Shown here in pieces: positions 37,719 to 53,109 of a stretch of DNA of 64,000 nt. This stretch comes from Styela clava. Its lineage: Eukaryota. A program made the translations under genes and the position numbers. A model generated the notes under the pieces. That model had not been told where the DNA came from. It searched no databases and worked only from the letters and a program-made list of their open reading frames with translations. Within the stretch, counting starts at the first letter, position 1; each line of letters begins with the position of its first letter. Location of the stretch: the NCBI RefSeq assembly GCF_964204865.1, contig NC_135251.1, positions 15,376,001 to 15,440,000 of the forward strand. Direction: 5' to 3'.

Positions 37719-38847
37719 TAAGTTGCCAGAACGTGACATCAAAGGTCAAGGCGCTGGCAAAGTGTTACTTACAAAGACACAGGAAGTTGATCGAACTATC
37801 ACATCTTTCAGAAAATATTCATCATTTGCCATTTGTTAATTTTTCATGTTGCATCAATGGAGACATTAGCTTTCCCTCTCTTTTTTGATTTCATAATTTA
37901 AATCCCCGAGTTTTAGAGAATGATGTCGATTTCTTTTAATGTCATTCCGAGTAAAAGCTTCAGGTTACGACCAAAGGTGGAATCCAATAAAGTAGTCATG
38001 TTTTAGACAATACATTTCGAATGTCGTAAAATGCTTTTTTTTTTCAGTTGTATCTTGTTTTATTGTTACGTAATTTCTCAAAATGTTTTTGTGTTGATAT
38101 GTTTATATATGAAAATAAACAGTATATACCTTGAATTACTAATGTATTCACGACTATGCCCTTACTTTGGAACAACATCAAATCAGAGTTCCATACGTGT
38201 GATATATTTGGGAACGCAAGTCTTACGGCGAACCACATATAAATATAGAATCCGGTAGCAAAACCTTGGCTTTCGACTCTGTTTGGCCTTCTGGCCGGCC
38301 ACAAGCGGAAATCCGGACGTTTGAACACTGAACAGTATTTGATATCGTTAAAATAAAAAAGCCCGATTTAGTGTTCACAATATTTTTAGTTTAGTTTCTG
38401 CAACGGGAAGGACTAGCCAATTGGACACGCAGAGATAATATACAGACATTACCGCAATGACTGCGGAAATAGTTTATTGCGAATTTCAGTTTTAAATACT
38501 GTATTTTGAAAAAATGAAAAATTAAAACGCCGTTATCGTCATCTATGAAGTTACGAAAACAGTTGGTTTTGAGCCCCCCAAGTTCAAAAATTTTCCGCCA
38601 TTTCTGGCAAAGAAGGTTTTGCGTTTTCACATGTCTGTACGTTTGGCTAGCGTTTGAAGCTGAATCTGTTTTGTATAATTCATTGAACAGCAAAGATTTA
38701 ATTGAACGTAATGTTCAATTTAGCTAGGACGCTTTCGATCACCGAATATCACGAGGTCGTGAATAAGGGCAATGAGGATAGAAAATGTTAACCACATTTA
38801 TTGAACTAATTGATTTAAAGCTAAACAATGGTAACACAAAAAATTAC

Positions 38848-39069
38848 GGCGCTCCCGTAGTATGTGAACCAAGATGGTGGACACCGGAAAATAATATATA
38901 TGTGTACCAGGTTAGGGTTAGGCCATAAATTTTGTCCAATTTTCCTTATTTTAGTTCTATTACAAGTTCGGGAACTAGCCAAGTGTCTTCCGTAGTATTT
39001 GTATCTGTAATTATGGCCTAACCGTAACCTGGTACACATACTACGTTCCAATGTACTGCGGGAGTACCA
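38848..39069. mobile_element. Merlin-like MITE, long form
   Basis: GGCGCTCCCGTAGTATGTGAACCAAGATGG ... GGGAGTACC; collinear with 22574-22809. Confidence 0.75.
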
Positions 39070-40392
39070 ACATGACTATGTTACGTGTATATTAAATTAT
39101 TGACTTCTCCGCCTCAAAAAGCGAAAAAGAATTGTTTTATTATATTGAATTATTAATTTTCTTAAGTCACTGCATAATTAATTTGACGAAATCCACAAAA
39201 AGAATCACAAAGTTCAAAATGGCACGAATGAAGGGGGAGGGGGGGGGGGGGTTAAAAAGGGAACCCCGAACTTACAGACCTATATTGAGAAATATTTCAA
39301 AAAAATTCCCACTTACATAAAATACTATGTAAACGGGGGTTTCCTTCGCATCATCAGTATCAAAAACAACATCTTTAAAGTGTACGAATAAATATTAAAA
39401 ATAAATAAAAATAAATATAATAACTTCCATCGCAAAGTATTTTGCAATAATGTCTTGAACTGGCGAAATAAAGGAGAAGTTGACAATATCTTGATGTCAT
39501 ACTAAAAACATGTAAAATGTATTTTCACGTGCCTAGGGCGTTTACGCAATACGTCTTACTGTATTATTGTACTGAAATGAATTAAAACGTGGAAATAACC
39601 GAAATATGTAATTGAATAGGTATTTCAGACATTTTCGAAGACGCAAAGAAATAATTTGTTTCAACAAATTATTTGTAACTTTCAACGCCTTCTCATGTTT
39701 CGGAAATTGGAAATCTCACATGAAAACAAAACAGTTCAAAAATGTTATTCGCTTCATTTGATATTTTTTAGATTTTCTTACTTGTAAATAATATAAAAGT
39801 TCAATATTTTAAAAATTTTGAACATTAGCAACTAGTCACGCTGGAGATGACGCAACTTTTCTTCGAGGAAGGAAACTGATTTAAAAGAATATCACGAACT
39901 AATAAATATTACTCATAAATTTATGTCAAGAATAAGAAAACATCTACTAAGTTTTATTAGTTAGAACGCCATGGTACTGCTAGCAAGAATAGCATCGTCA
40001 ATTGGAGCGAAAATATTGTATAGCAACTTCCAGTTCTACTGATTAATAAGCAATTCATCAAAATTGCATGTTATATATCAGATATAATGAATTGTGGCCT
40101 AAATTAACGCAGTTTCATAGGGAATTATTTTGCTTCATCTATAGATATCACAGTGAGAGCTGAACATACTTCTTTTAAAAAATCTTGAAATAATATTTCA
40201 CTTTATATTGTAATTTGGAGGAAACCCGAATTATCTTATATGGCTGCGATCTTAAGAAAGCAGGAATCATTTTTAAATGAATTCTATATCGTGATAAATT
40301 TACAACGTTTATTTAAAATTGAGATACAACATTTCAGAATAAACTATTTTTTTTGGCAATTATTGTGTGTCATTCATTCGGATTCACAAAAG

Positions 40393-42285
40393 ATGTCTTT
40401 TGTTGCAACAAAGATTCCAAAGCATCCAGCTACTAATCACAAATGCAGCTTTATAATTATCGGGGTAAGTAAAATGCTGGGTATTTTTTTCTAAAGGTAA
40501 AATAATGAAAGATTAAAATTTTTTTTTACAGATTTTTGAAGTTTTGGCGGGTCTGATTTGTTCTATTGTCGGAATTTTATTAGTTGCTCAAATCGGTTCA
40601 AGCGGGACATCAACCAACGCCAAATCCGGGATAGGCACTGGTGTGCTGGTGAGATATACTGATGATGATTTGGGTTACATAAGGTCTTATGGAAAATTCA
40701 AACATTTTGTTTTTGACTTCAAAATAGTGTGAAAGTGTATATGTGTTGATTTCCTTGGCGATAGGTCAATATGGATTAGGTAGGCTACTAGAAACTATAA
40801 AAGATCAATACTTTTAGTATGTGTGTACCGGTTAGGATTCAGGTTGTACGACATTTTGGTGCGCATACTTCTGGAGCACCCATATTCTTTTACTCAAGCC
40901 ATTCGTAATTTCGTAAACGAATTCAATTCTTGTAAAAATCCTTTTTTTACAGTACGTCATCTCTGGAATATTAGCTCTATCCGCTGGTCAGTCACCTACA
41001 CAATGTAATGTAAGTAGAATATCAATGTTTTTGTAAGGTTGAAGGTCAGTTGCCCCAAGATATTTTATTAATACCGATGTAAACTAGTTCAGAAGATATA
41101 TGTATATCATTGTTTTTCTTCAAGTCAACATACAAAACAATGTTTCACAAAAACCGTTTGTAAAAGATGCAACGCAATGCCATTTTTTTACAAAAACGTG
41201 TTATTCTATGTTTTCCTGGCCGTTTTTTTAAAGACATGTGATATAAAAAAAATATTAGTAAAATTCAAACAAATACACCAGTCAGCCACACCTATACACA
41301 AAAAAACATGCATCATCATTTCCTATATACAACCTATGCATTTATACTAATATCTAGAAATATTTTTCACGTTGGCTAATTGCTACACCACATCGCATTT
41401 TGCTTGCAATTATAATTGGTAATCTTTGGGTGTTGAAGTTTACGGGAGCGAAAAGAACTTTTGCTTATTGAAATATACAGAAACACACTTGTAGACTTTG
41501 CAAAGTGAAATCATAATAATTACTTTGTTTATAGATAATCGGAGGAATGATACTGGCATCTATATCTGCTTTCATATCGTCTGCAATAGTGGTTCTAGGA
41601 ATATGGATTTTGCAAATATGGGGAACATACGAAAACCGTTTGGTAGGCATTAATATAACGTAGTTGGAAATCAACATATGCATCTTTTACCATAGATTTT
41701 TTTTTCTATTTTGCACGCACGAATGGGCTTGTAATAAGCTACATAGGCTTCTTTAGGCATCAATGTTTGGCCAAAATATCAGGGTAATGTAAATATAAAA
41801 ACAGCAATTTAAGTTGTCCTTGAGAGTCTCTATAAGTTGTTCATAACCTCACTTAACAAATATATTTTTCTGCTGCAGGGAAGTCGGATACATGGAATTA
41901 TGGCCACCATAATTGTTGCTTGTGCAATCGAGTTCGTGTTTGCTTTGGCACATTTAGTCTACTGCTGCCGCGCAAGATGCTGTACAAGATCAAGCAGTCA
42001 GGTATTTGTACTTTATAGTGATTTAGTTTTCTTCTTACAAATTTTGGTCTTTAAGATACGATGAACAAGTTGAAGCGTTTAGAATCAAACCTTCGACTGA
42101 GTTACAAAAGTTAATATTCTGAATGAGGTTTTTAATATTGGTTGGGAAATTTCCCGAAAAAGCATGATGACACATACCTTAAAAATGCCACACCGCCATA
42201 ACTAATATTTACGAGGACGATTATGCAATAATATGATTCTCTACACATTAAAGGTCAGGCAAATATCACAGAAGAGATGCCATAG
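40393..42285 (+). CDS. MS4A-like paralog 2; exons 1-5 intact, tail exons degenerate or uncertain
   Basis: Exons 40393-40464, 40532-40648, 40953-41009, 41535-41642 and 41879-42001. An exon-6-like relic ends ..NATPP-TAA (42199-42201), and an exon-7-like GQANITEEMP* lies at 42254-42285. Confidence 0.75.
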
Positions 42286-43901
42286 TCCTATATACGACGA
42301 TCATTTGGACTGCAAGGTTCTATCTGAAAATTTAATGCAAGAAGCGCAGCTGAATTATAAATAATGCAGTCAGTGTTACCATATACAACTTTAACACAAA
42401 AGATCGAAGTATAATTGCGGACAAATGATTGTTTTTAGATTTTAGTTGTTGATTTCACGTATTTTTCAATTTTACATTTTTTTCCCCTAGATACCTTTGT
42501 CGATTTGCTCCATATTTTACACTTTTCTCATTATAATTTGTGATAAAATTTTGCATCCATGATCTGTATAAATTTAGTTAATAGTTAATAGTATACTAAA
42601 AATAAAGTTTTTCTCTTTAAAATATTTAAGGTAGGTCAATCAATGGGTCGTGTTTGACGGTCCCTATTGAATCGTTTTGTTGTTTTTATTGTTGGGGTAT
42701 CAAAAAAGTTCTTAAAATAATGAGCCAAGTAATTTCCAGAAGCACATGCACAATTCTGGTAGAAATCTTAAACTAATCAATCGCAAGTCTCTATAAATTG
42801 GAAAACGAATTCGTTGTGATTTTTTGAATTTTAAAAAAGTAATATAACTGACATTTTTATTTAAAATCTGTCCCTCCAAGCCAAACTGGTGAGAATGTCT
42901 CATCCGGCCCTACGTAATTCACTCTAAAATATGAAAATGGAATTGGAGAAATCTGCTTATGTAATTGATTTATTTGTCTACAATGATTTTATCGGGCAAG
43001 CATTTTTTCGTGATATATGACACAGTAAACTGTTACGCCTTTGTTTCTCTATTCCCACTCACTGTCAGAAATTCCCTTATCGAAAGGGATGAATTTTTCA
43101 GCTGTTCCTTGCGGAAAATATACAATCTACGGCGGGGATTCAACCTCGAAAATGTTACAACAATTGCGTTCAACGTAAGCGCCTCACTATGTTTACTAAT
43201 AACGCTATTATCCCGAAAAATACAATTTATTTAATGAGAATAGAAAATTGATTGAACACACATTATGTTTTATTTCATTACAATCAAAAATTAATTTGTG
43301 ATAGTAATTTAAATGTGACTCATTGGAAACAAAACATCAAAAATAAAATGAGCATTCTTCTGAGGATACATTGGGAACAAATTCTCAAATTTCGGGAAAA
43401 TTGATAAATATTTAGATAAGATATACAAAAACAAAGATGACAAGACCATAAATTATAACGCCCGGGGCGCTAGCAGATATCGCGAATTCTCTTTTTATTT
43501 TTCGTCATTTATTGACAACATCAGCTGACAATTGAGACAAGTCGTGATAGTCAGTTCTAATCAAATGTGCGATGACAATGAAGGTGTTTTGCTTTACTTA
43601 GTTTCTACTTCTACCTGTTTTGCTGGGACTCGGAGCTTTTAGCTTCAATTTTCTGAACAGATGAAAAGTTTCACTGAAATCAGAAATTAGTTTTCGGAAT
43701 AACTTGACGGTTTTTTATATCCAGTCTACGTTTTAGCGTCTTTTTATAGTAAGATCTGTGCAGAGCAATTATGAAAATATATCGTTCATATATGTTCATA
43801 TTATAATGCTGATATTATTATAATTCATATTAGGAGCCGTGATTTTTGAACGCAGTAATTGGATGCTATCGACGTAACTGATATAGGCCTATAGTCTATA
43901 T

Positions 43902-44383
43902 CAGGGGTGTGCAACCTTTTATGCAGGCGGGCCAAACATTGATAACTGGGTATTTACAGGCACAAAATAGTGTCTTTTTGTTATTGACCTCATGGCATTA
44001 TTGGGAGTCCTTGCATAAATGCTGAAATAAAACGCATAAATTTCTGAAAACTGGCATTCTAATTTATTTTCACACCGAATTTGAACGAATTCAGTGAGAA
44101 ATTTGCTGCTGGATGTTTTTCCCGGCTACTTTCATTCAAATTTGCTTCAATGGAAGTGCTAACAATTCGATATCCATTTTCAAGTTCTTCGTCTTCCAGG
44201 CGGTTTTATGGCGCCCATTTTAGAAAAAAATATGTTGAGCCGAAAAGTGCCATATTCGAAGCCATGACTTTTTTCAAGTGTATAAATTATCTTGGTTGAG
44301 ATGTTTTAACACTTCTCCGCGGGCCACACAATTCTCTCTTGCGGTCCGCATTTTGCCCGCGAGACGCACTTTGCACACCCCTG
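43902..44383. mobile_element. hAT MITE
   Basis: TIR CAGGGGTGTGCAA / TTGCACACCCCTG; TSD GTCTATAT / GTCCATAT. Confidence 0.85.
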
Positions 44384-44558
44384 GTCCATATAATCGTTGA
44401 ATTAGAAATATGTTTCAAGAACACATTTATTAAAACGATATTTTATGCCAATCTTTCATAGGTTTTTTTAAATACCATACAGTACACTATAACCATTTCT
44501 TAACTGTGACGAACGAACCCCTCTTTTTCTTACTTATAAACTCTCTTACATCGAAACC

Positions 44559-47519
44559 ATGACAACTGAATTGCCAAATGCTTTGTTTCCTTCAACGTCT
44601 GATTATGCACAGAGAAAAAAAATTAATCGACAGTTTGTGACAGTCGGGGTAAGTGTTCTTATCAGTTTGTTTCAATGTTCAAATTTTTAATTTAAAAATC
44701 AACATTAATCCGTAGAGCTTTGTACTTAAGACTAACAAATGACAAACAAATGTTAATCAAACGTTTCGTGAGATTCCATGCTTTATTAAGTCGACAGTTA
44801 ACAGTGGTGAATGCCCATCTATTATTTTAATGAAGTAGTAATCATAATTAGTTATTTTTTCCCTTCATTAGATGATGCAGTTCATCATAGGAATCGGATG
44901 TGTTGTGATTGGAGGAATCTTGACTGCTATCAGTTCAGCCTATCTCGTAACCTGTACCACAGTTGCCGGAGGACTAATTGTGAGATTTTTCTACTCGTCA
45001 AAAATTTGTATATAATTTTATTTTTATTAATACAATTCATAATAAAAAAACAAAAAAAAAACTTGCCTTTGATAATGTTTAATGTAGTCCTTGCTCGCTC
45101 AACATCACATACTGAACGATAGTGTTGTGTTATGTAGGCATTTGACATTTTCAGTCTTGTAACAATTTCTGACTCGTTTTTCATTTCAGTTCATCGTTGC
45201 TGGGTGTTTAGCATTTGCAACTGGATATCCGTTCAATAATGTCATAGTAAGTTTTTAACATTTATAGCCAGCTATATAAATCAAATTTATGACATATTAA
45301 ATACTCAAAGTAGAATCTAGTATATGTGCATTTAGTACTTTGGGTTTTTGACATCTTTATGTCAATGTAGCTGAGTAATACGAGTACCATAATTTACGGA
45401 CCATGATGCGCACTTTAAATCCTTTTTTCTCAGAAACATCGATCGTGCGGCTTATAAGCCAAATGAATGGATGTTTTACAAACAAACCGCATTCTCACGC
45501 AATAAATAATGTAAAAACAATTGTAATTGTAATAAGCATTGTAATAGCAACTACGACCAGGTGCACATCCAGAATTGAATTAACGGAGGAGGAGGCTTAC
45601 TCTGGAATTTGTACTGTAAACCGATACTTCTTAAAAACCATTTCGTCTCATAGCCCGATGTGCCTTTTGTATGAAAAAAACAGCAATCTGAGCAATTTAT
45701 TGACAGTGCGCCCTATGGTTCGTAAAATACGGTAATAGCATGTTTTGCACAAAAGCCGAAAAATGTACGGTTGGATATGTTTAAAATACCTTCTCAAAGT
45801 TTTGATACATACCGTTTATTGCGCAAGCCGAATACTTTTCAACCTTTAAATTTATGCCATTCAATGATATTTAACTTGATTGTTAAACTTTATATTATAT
45901 ATATGAATATGTTAATAAGAACCATAAACTCATAATCATAAAATATTTACCAATTTCACAAAGAAATTAATTCCTTGTTTTACAGATGATTTTTAGCATT
46001 GTGGTGACGTCTCTATCAGCAACGTTCTCAGCAATCTTAACAATTCTAGGAGGTTTGCGGTTGGCAAATACAATTGATTATGGATATTATGACCAGGTTT
46101 CTCTTTTTATATTACTGAAGGACACGACTATCAGAAAATATGGAGAATTCAAACCAAATATAGATTGATTTTGATTTAAGGCATCGTGTTTTAGCAGGAA
46201 AAAATTAACAGATCAAAGGTTTGGACATCCACTCGACAACTCTACTTCATCTACTCTCTCTTAACATTTGCCCAAAGTTTGATATCCATCTTAGCCAAAA
46301 ACACACCAATGAATCATTTGTACATACGTACTGTACTTTTAATTTGGTATTTTATTTAATTACAACGCAAGATGGGTATTATGAATTGAATTTACTGATT
46401 TTTATTCAGGATGACTTCAACGTTTGGGCGTCGAGAATATTATGTGGGGTGAGCGGTATAGAGTTTATTACGTCGTTGGTTCATTTGGTTTTATGCTCTC
46501 AAGAGTTATGCTGTTCAACAAATCAGGTTTGTTTACAATGGCATATTTTTTTCAAATATATCATGTAACGTATATTTGGAAGTTTCGGAGGAAATTTACT
46601 GAATATATTGGGTATCTGTGACCCACATTCATTCTACTATGACAAGATAAAGTTTCCATTTATTAAAAAGGAAAAAATAGATCCATGTATATAAAAATAG
46701 ACAATATAAAATATAATTAACTAACTGCCTGCTCAAGTATTTATATATTTTTACATATAGATTCCTCCTTCGGGACCAACGTTGATGGCATTACATGCGC
46801 CCATGGTTGCTGCACCACCTCCATACGGTAGGTATTGTGTTTATTGGTTATTCAAGATACACAATCTGGATTGCTATTTTTTCGTCAACTTTTCATCTTC
46901 ATCTGAGTATATTTCTAAATGGTAATTCAGTTCATAAATTAGTTCAAGTTATAAAAGATGGGTACTTATTTGCATGTCCTACTCCAGTACTATTAGAACG
47001 TAATTAAGCGGAGCAAACTTCAACCGGACTACCTCAGAGCTCTAATAAAAATATAACAATTATGTTGCCAAATTCTCATATTTTGTAAAGATCTTAATAG
47101 AAGATAATGACACACACTTAAAACCTTAGAATAATTCTAAACCAAATTACGAACCACCAACAAAAAACAAAAAAAATCTCATTTTGTGAACACCGGAAAG
47201 ACGTCACCAATCTTCTCTACACATTTCCTTGCATTCAAACATACCAATAACACAAAAGGGTTAAATATCATTAAAATCCATAGGAACCATTCTATATACT
47301 AGCAACACAATTTTCAAGAATTTGACTAGAGTTAAAATTGTTATTCAATAATTAATCACAAAAACCTTTACTTCACAATATCGAGGAATTGCCAAATTTC
47401 ATACCTTACTATCATACAATTCTTATTCTAATTTTATTTTAATTTTTGATATTCAACTCATTTTTTCAGAACAATCATCGGTTCCATATAAACAGTTTAC
47501 TGATGATCCTGTTGAGTAG
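44559..47519 (+). CDS. MS4A-like paralog 3 (7 exons, most divergent)
   Basis: Exons 44559-44648, 44872-44979, 45190-45246, 45986-46096, 46410-46526, 46761-46827 and 47470-47519, with the same phases as the other paralogs. Tail ..VAAPPPYEQSSVPYKQFTDDPVE*. Confidence 0.82.
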
Positions 47520-50500
47520 AATAAAATCCAGGTAATACTTGGGTATTGATAAAAATCGCTATTATTACACTCTGAGTATATTTTCGAAACGAGTTTAAAG
47601 CACCCCTCCGTGACTTACTACATCATGCTTATATAAAGTAAAATTACTATATGAACGTTGTTTACCTTCATTTCACTTGATATTCGCAATTTTTAAAGCA
47701 CTCACAATTATGATGATATGCTAATTTCACTAAAAGATAATATAATCGACAATAGAGTTTTATAAAATGGAATATATATATTTGCGATTAAATATTTGAA
47801 TGACAGATATGCATGCCCGACTGTCGGTTACAATAGCTAATTCGCTTATGCTCTTTTTATTTAGATAACAAGATCATCAAGAAATTCGCAATTATACAAA
47901 TATAGTCAAATATCAATAACTTCGTGAATTGAACATCAACGACGAATAAATGACTAAAAGGCCCTGATTGTTTTTCCACATTGTTTATGCATATATCATT
48001 TTTTTTATTGTTATGATACCTTTGTTTCGTATTGTGCTACTATTTCAAATTTATTGCTGAAATAAATCAAAACCAATTGTTGATGGGTTTATGTGTGAGT
48101 TATTTGGGGATAAATAAGATTGTCTACCAGGAGGTATATTGTGAGTCCATATCTCGTTTTCGTCTAATTCAACCATAGTTAGCGGCTAATCTTGACCATA
48201 TGAGGATTTTCTGAAAAAATTTTAGGTTTTCCTGGATAATTCAAATTCCCAAATATTGACGCTTGATCACAACAGATTCACATGGATCTAGAAATCAAAT
48301 AAACATCCACGAACGCTACCTCATGTCATATAGCCCATATAGTCAAAGCCACCATTCAATGACACTTGAACCTTTTTTTGTACAGGTGTAGAAATAATCA
48401 CATATCTAAGACGCTGTTGTGTGATCTGTTTTAGATATATATTTATGTAACAATGACATGTTCAAAACGCTACCCATATCTGTGACATTGCCGGAAGAAA
48501 AATCTCATATCTGTGACATTGCCGGCCTAAAAACCACAAATCCATGAACCCTTCTATTTCTATAATAAATCATATACTCAGAAACAAAGCCACATTTGAC
48601 ATGTAAACCACTTTCATGTGTGACGTTATATATTGAACAACATGTAAAACATATTTTAATATTTTTCACCCAACATAATTGTGATTTTCAAACTGATTAC
48701 GTTTCTTTCTGGGGACAATTTTCCCAATTTAAAAAATAAAACTCCGTCGAATGTTGGCATTTAATATTAAATGATCAACAACTTTAGAATGATGTTAAAA
48801 ATGAGTATCTAATCAGTTATTGAGTGATAATGAATAAATATTTATATGATTGAAATTGGGGAAAACATTTTCCAGAACATGTCTATATTCTTTGAATTAT
48901 TTAGATGAGTTTTGTGTCATATTTATAGTGTTAGTTGCAAAATAATAGTTCTTCTTCAATAACAATGATTTCTCGTCTATGGGGCTTTAAAATGAATCAC
49001 CGAATACCAAAAGTGAATATACCAAAACCTAATTTTTACGCGAACCTGCCTGAAACAAAGCACTAACCGATTCAAGCAGAAAAGTCCGAAAAATTAATAT
49101 TATTCGTGTATATACATATTTGGAATACTTTGTATATAAAACTCAACAAGTTAGCTAAAGCAAATTATTTTTGTTTATCATTGTAGGGTGTGGCGCTATT
49201 GCTTACTTCACATCTGCAGATGAAGTAGGTGTAAATTAAATTTCAAGAAATTTTGAAATTTCAGAACATATTCGATTGAATGTCGATACTAAAATCTCGC
49301 CCAACATGAGAAATGACTTTTTTCTATGATACAATTGTTTCACTTTGCTAATTCGCAATGTCAAATTAAATCGTTAGCCTCAGGATACATGACTACAAAA
49401 ATATTCTATGTTTAAAAACATGCTGTCATTTATAATGTATGAGATAAATCTTGCGATTTTGGGACTTCTCATGCTTAATTGATCGTAAATGCTAATATTT
49501 TAGTTTCATTTTATAATACTCGTCAGATACCTAATGAAATACGTGTATTTTTCCACTTTACTTTATTTTTTTCATTGATGTAATACAGGTAAAAATTCCG
49601 TGAAAATATTATCATCCACTTTAGAATTACAATTACCAAAAATACTTATTTCTGTTATCCTGAAAAAAATAATTAGAACAATGTTCTAACATTTTTTTAT
49701 ATATGATATTCTTCTATTAACATTTTTAAAACAAAAGTCGTGAAGCGTTGGTTGGACTATAGATTTATTCTTTGAGCTAGCATCGGATTTACGAAAACAT
49801 GGTTCGTGAAAATACAATATATCCAGATAAAAATGCCAGGAAAATGATGATAATCTAGTGATTTTTAAATATTCAACTATATATTGCAGTGCATTTTGCA
49901 AAAATCTGTTTAAAGGATATCAGAGTGTTGCTCGAATTTAATCCAACTGCGTTCGAGCAGTCTTTTTAAAGGCGCAAAGGTAATAAGTTTGTTAAGTTAA
50001 TAATCATCTCGGCAATACTTTGTTCCTAGCTTATTGATTAATGTTTCCGATTCAGGGAATATTTTAAAATCTAATGTCATGCACTCCAGACTACTCGTCT
50101 GTCAAGTACATACGTGATATTATAGTTTCCGTTACGCGACTGGTAATGATGTTAAAGAATTATAGATAGATCCAATGACGTGAAAAATTTAAAAACGATA
50201 TTATTCTCCATGTATCTTTAAAGTTAATTAAGCATGGATGAGCGGAAAATGACTCGAGTAAAAATGGTGCAGTGATTTCATTTGGATATTTAGGGGATCG
50301 ATTTTGAAGAACGATATAAATTTTAATATAAAAATATTATGCTTTCGACGTTGTTACGCAATAGATTTCGCAAACTATTAGATTGAATGTAAATAAAATT
50401 ATAATGTCAGTTTACACATCTATGGGTGGAAATTTGACATAGAATAAATAAGTTTATACGGCAATATTGAAGTAAAAATGCTTTAATATTTTAGTAAAAA

Positions 50501-53109
50501 GACAATTTTCACATGCAAAAAACTTCAATCACCGTAGAAAACTGATTGTATGTCAACATTACTTCATTTAATAAACCTATCAGTGCGAGCGCTTGGAGTC
50601 AATATTTCTAGTCAATAAACCAGTCAAACTAAGTAGAATACAAAATGGCGAATCCTGCATAATTCGGAACTGAACTGACCGTTAGTATCACAAAATGAAA
50701 GCTCACATATCACGCCTCGGGCTAATGAAAGACATGGAATCCCCCAAGTTTGAGAAAGTTTTCCGCGCTCGATTATGTCACCACGTCACGAAATCGTGAT
50801 AAACTAATTTAAGAATAAATTTTGAGCTATTTTCCTATCAATTCTCCATCGACGTGAAGGCCATGTCTGACCAAGCTAGATCGTCGCAACCATCATGTAC
50901 GAAAAAACGTGCTCCAAGTTTTAATCTAAATTCGGAGACCTTGAAAACGCAAAAAATAAGATATGACAACGGAAGTACTAGTTTCACTAGATGAAGTCAT
51001 TTGAATGAATCAAAATATGTTCTAGAAAAAGGATATAATAGATTTATAAATTAGTAAGTTGCGTAAGTTGTGACAAGGCTAAATATAAGGTAGCAAACTA
51101 CAATCTTAAAATACAAGCTTGACTTCGAATTTATTCAAACTGAAATTATGAAGTAGCTCCAGAAGTTTAAAAAAACAGTAAGTAGCGTTAGGTAGTTCTA
51201 CGGAGCCTAATCCAAACTCCTCTCGGAAGGATCGGTAACCTCCAACATGTGTAGGAATAGTATCATTTTGATATTTTGAAGAAATGTTTATTGCATTGTA
51301 AAATTGCATGTAGGTAATATATTGTATGTGAAATTGTTCCGTATGTACTGAAGACAGGGAATCTTTCGACGTTGCGGTCTCGACGGTGTTCATTTCGGTT
51401 ATATAAATTTTGAACAATCCCTTTGCCCTGGGAAAAATGGGTAAAGGTGTTGCCTGTCCAGTTTTGAATATTGCCATCAGTTTTACTATTATTTTATTTA
51501 TTTATTTCCAAGTATATATTTCATATGATATGAGTTTTATTAGAATTTATAGTAAAAACCTATGAAAAATACAAAAGTTTCGATTTGTATAAATCTTTCG
51601 TGAATGAATCTTAAATAAAATCAAAGAGTGTAAAATCTGATCCATTTCCGAACCAAGAACCTCTTACAATTTCGGTGGCAATATTTGGGACAATTCATTG
51701 GAGTGGAAGGTATTTTATGTACGTAGACTACTAGTCGCATAATAAATAATAGTAATTCAAATCAGCCAAGGCATGACTAACCAGAGCAATCCTGTTTCTA
51801 AATAATCTCATCGTTTTAGAGCCAAATTTTTTTGAACATCAGTTTTACAGATGGTAGCCTCGAGGCGCCAATGAACATGAATATCATTAACAGAAATCTA
51901 AAAAGCCAATGTTTATCGAAAAATTAGACTAACGGGTAAAAACAGAAAAAATTGACAAATGGTGGGGGCTGGCGAAAGGGGCAGCGATTATAACAACATT
52001 AATAATATTTTTCTATAAATATAAATATATTTAATATATATAAATATATCTATTTTTATTTAGTGAAAATTCCTATTTTGTGAATGAAGCTGTCATGCCA
52101 AAAACATGTATATATTGAAAATGTGGAAATTCATTTTGGTGATTACAGGGCGGCTAAACAATTGGCAAAACTTAACCGAACTTGTTTTTGATTTCCCCAA
52201 TAGTTACGTTTGAAATAGAAAACTAAATGTATGGAATCTGTTTTCAGACAAAGAAAGTATTCACGTTTAAAATAGGAATCTAAATTCTTGGAATCTGTCA
52301 TCAACCAAAGAAAGAACATCTCTGTATTAAACAAAAAGATTTTTTCACCTCAGGCGTTCATATTTCAAAGACTGCAAAAACAAATATGTATTAGCTGTGC
52401 GTTGGCCACAAAATCGTCTTTAGAATTTAGTATATATCGTGACTTATTTCCAGCTTCAGGGCAAATGACGCTAAACATCACATATTTGATCAATAAATCG
52501 CGCATTTGAAGAAATTTATTATTGAAAAAAAAAACAGCGTATATTAGCAGTGGCAACATGCACATGTTATGGAATAATATTTAGTGCGTGTTTTAATAAA
52601 TGTATCCAGATTAATTGAGGTTGCAATATGTTGAAAAAAGGATGGTTCAAAGGCCTATTAGTCTGTTTGTAGTATAGTAGATTACTTTTCGTTAGTTGAC
52701 GCTATTGTTCAGTTCATCGAATGCTTACTATCGCGCCACAATCACCCTGTGGAATTGACGTCAATAGACCGCATGCTGAGAGGTTCTAGCTGGATGCTTC
52801 TGATCGATGGGCTGGTTTAGCATTTGACTGAGAATGTTATTCTTGATTTTATGGCTACTGTACTTATGTTGAACACTGTGTTATACCCAGCCTGTTTCCC
52901 AACATGACCAATGTAATATTTCTAGATACTGAAATAGTTTGGTAGTCAAGTTACGATAATCATCAGGATATTTGAAGTTCAAGTTACTGCTTGACGGCCC
53001 TCGAGGACACAACGTCAAGTAAGTATCATCTACAATTTCTTAATTATGCATCAGTCTGTATTTGTTTTCCTGTCAGGTGTTGGATTACTTGCACTGGTGA
53101 TTCCTGTAG

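Noticed and set aside
48475-48525. CRISPR-like direct repeat CATATCTGTGACATTGCCGG x2
   Set aside because: Only two copies with an 11-bp gap, eukaryotic context and no cas genes.
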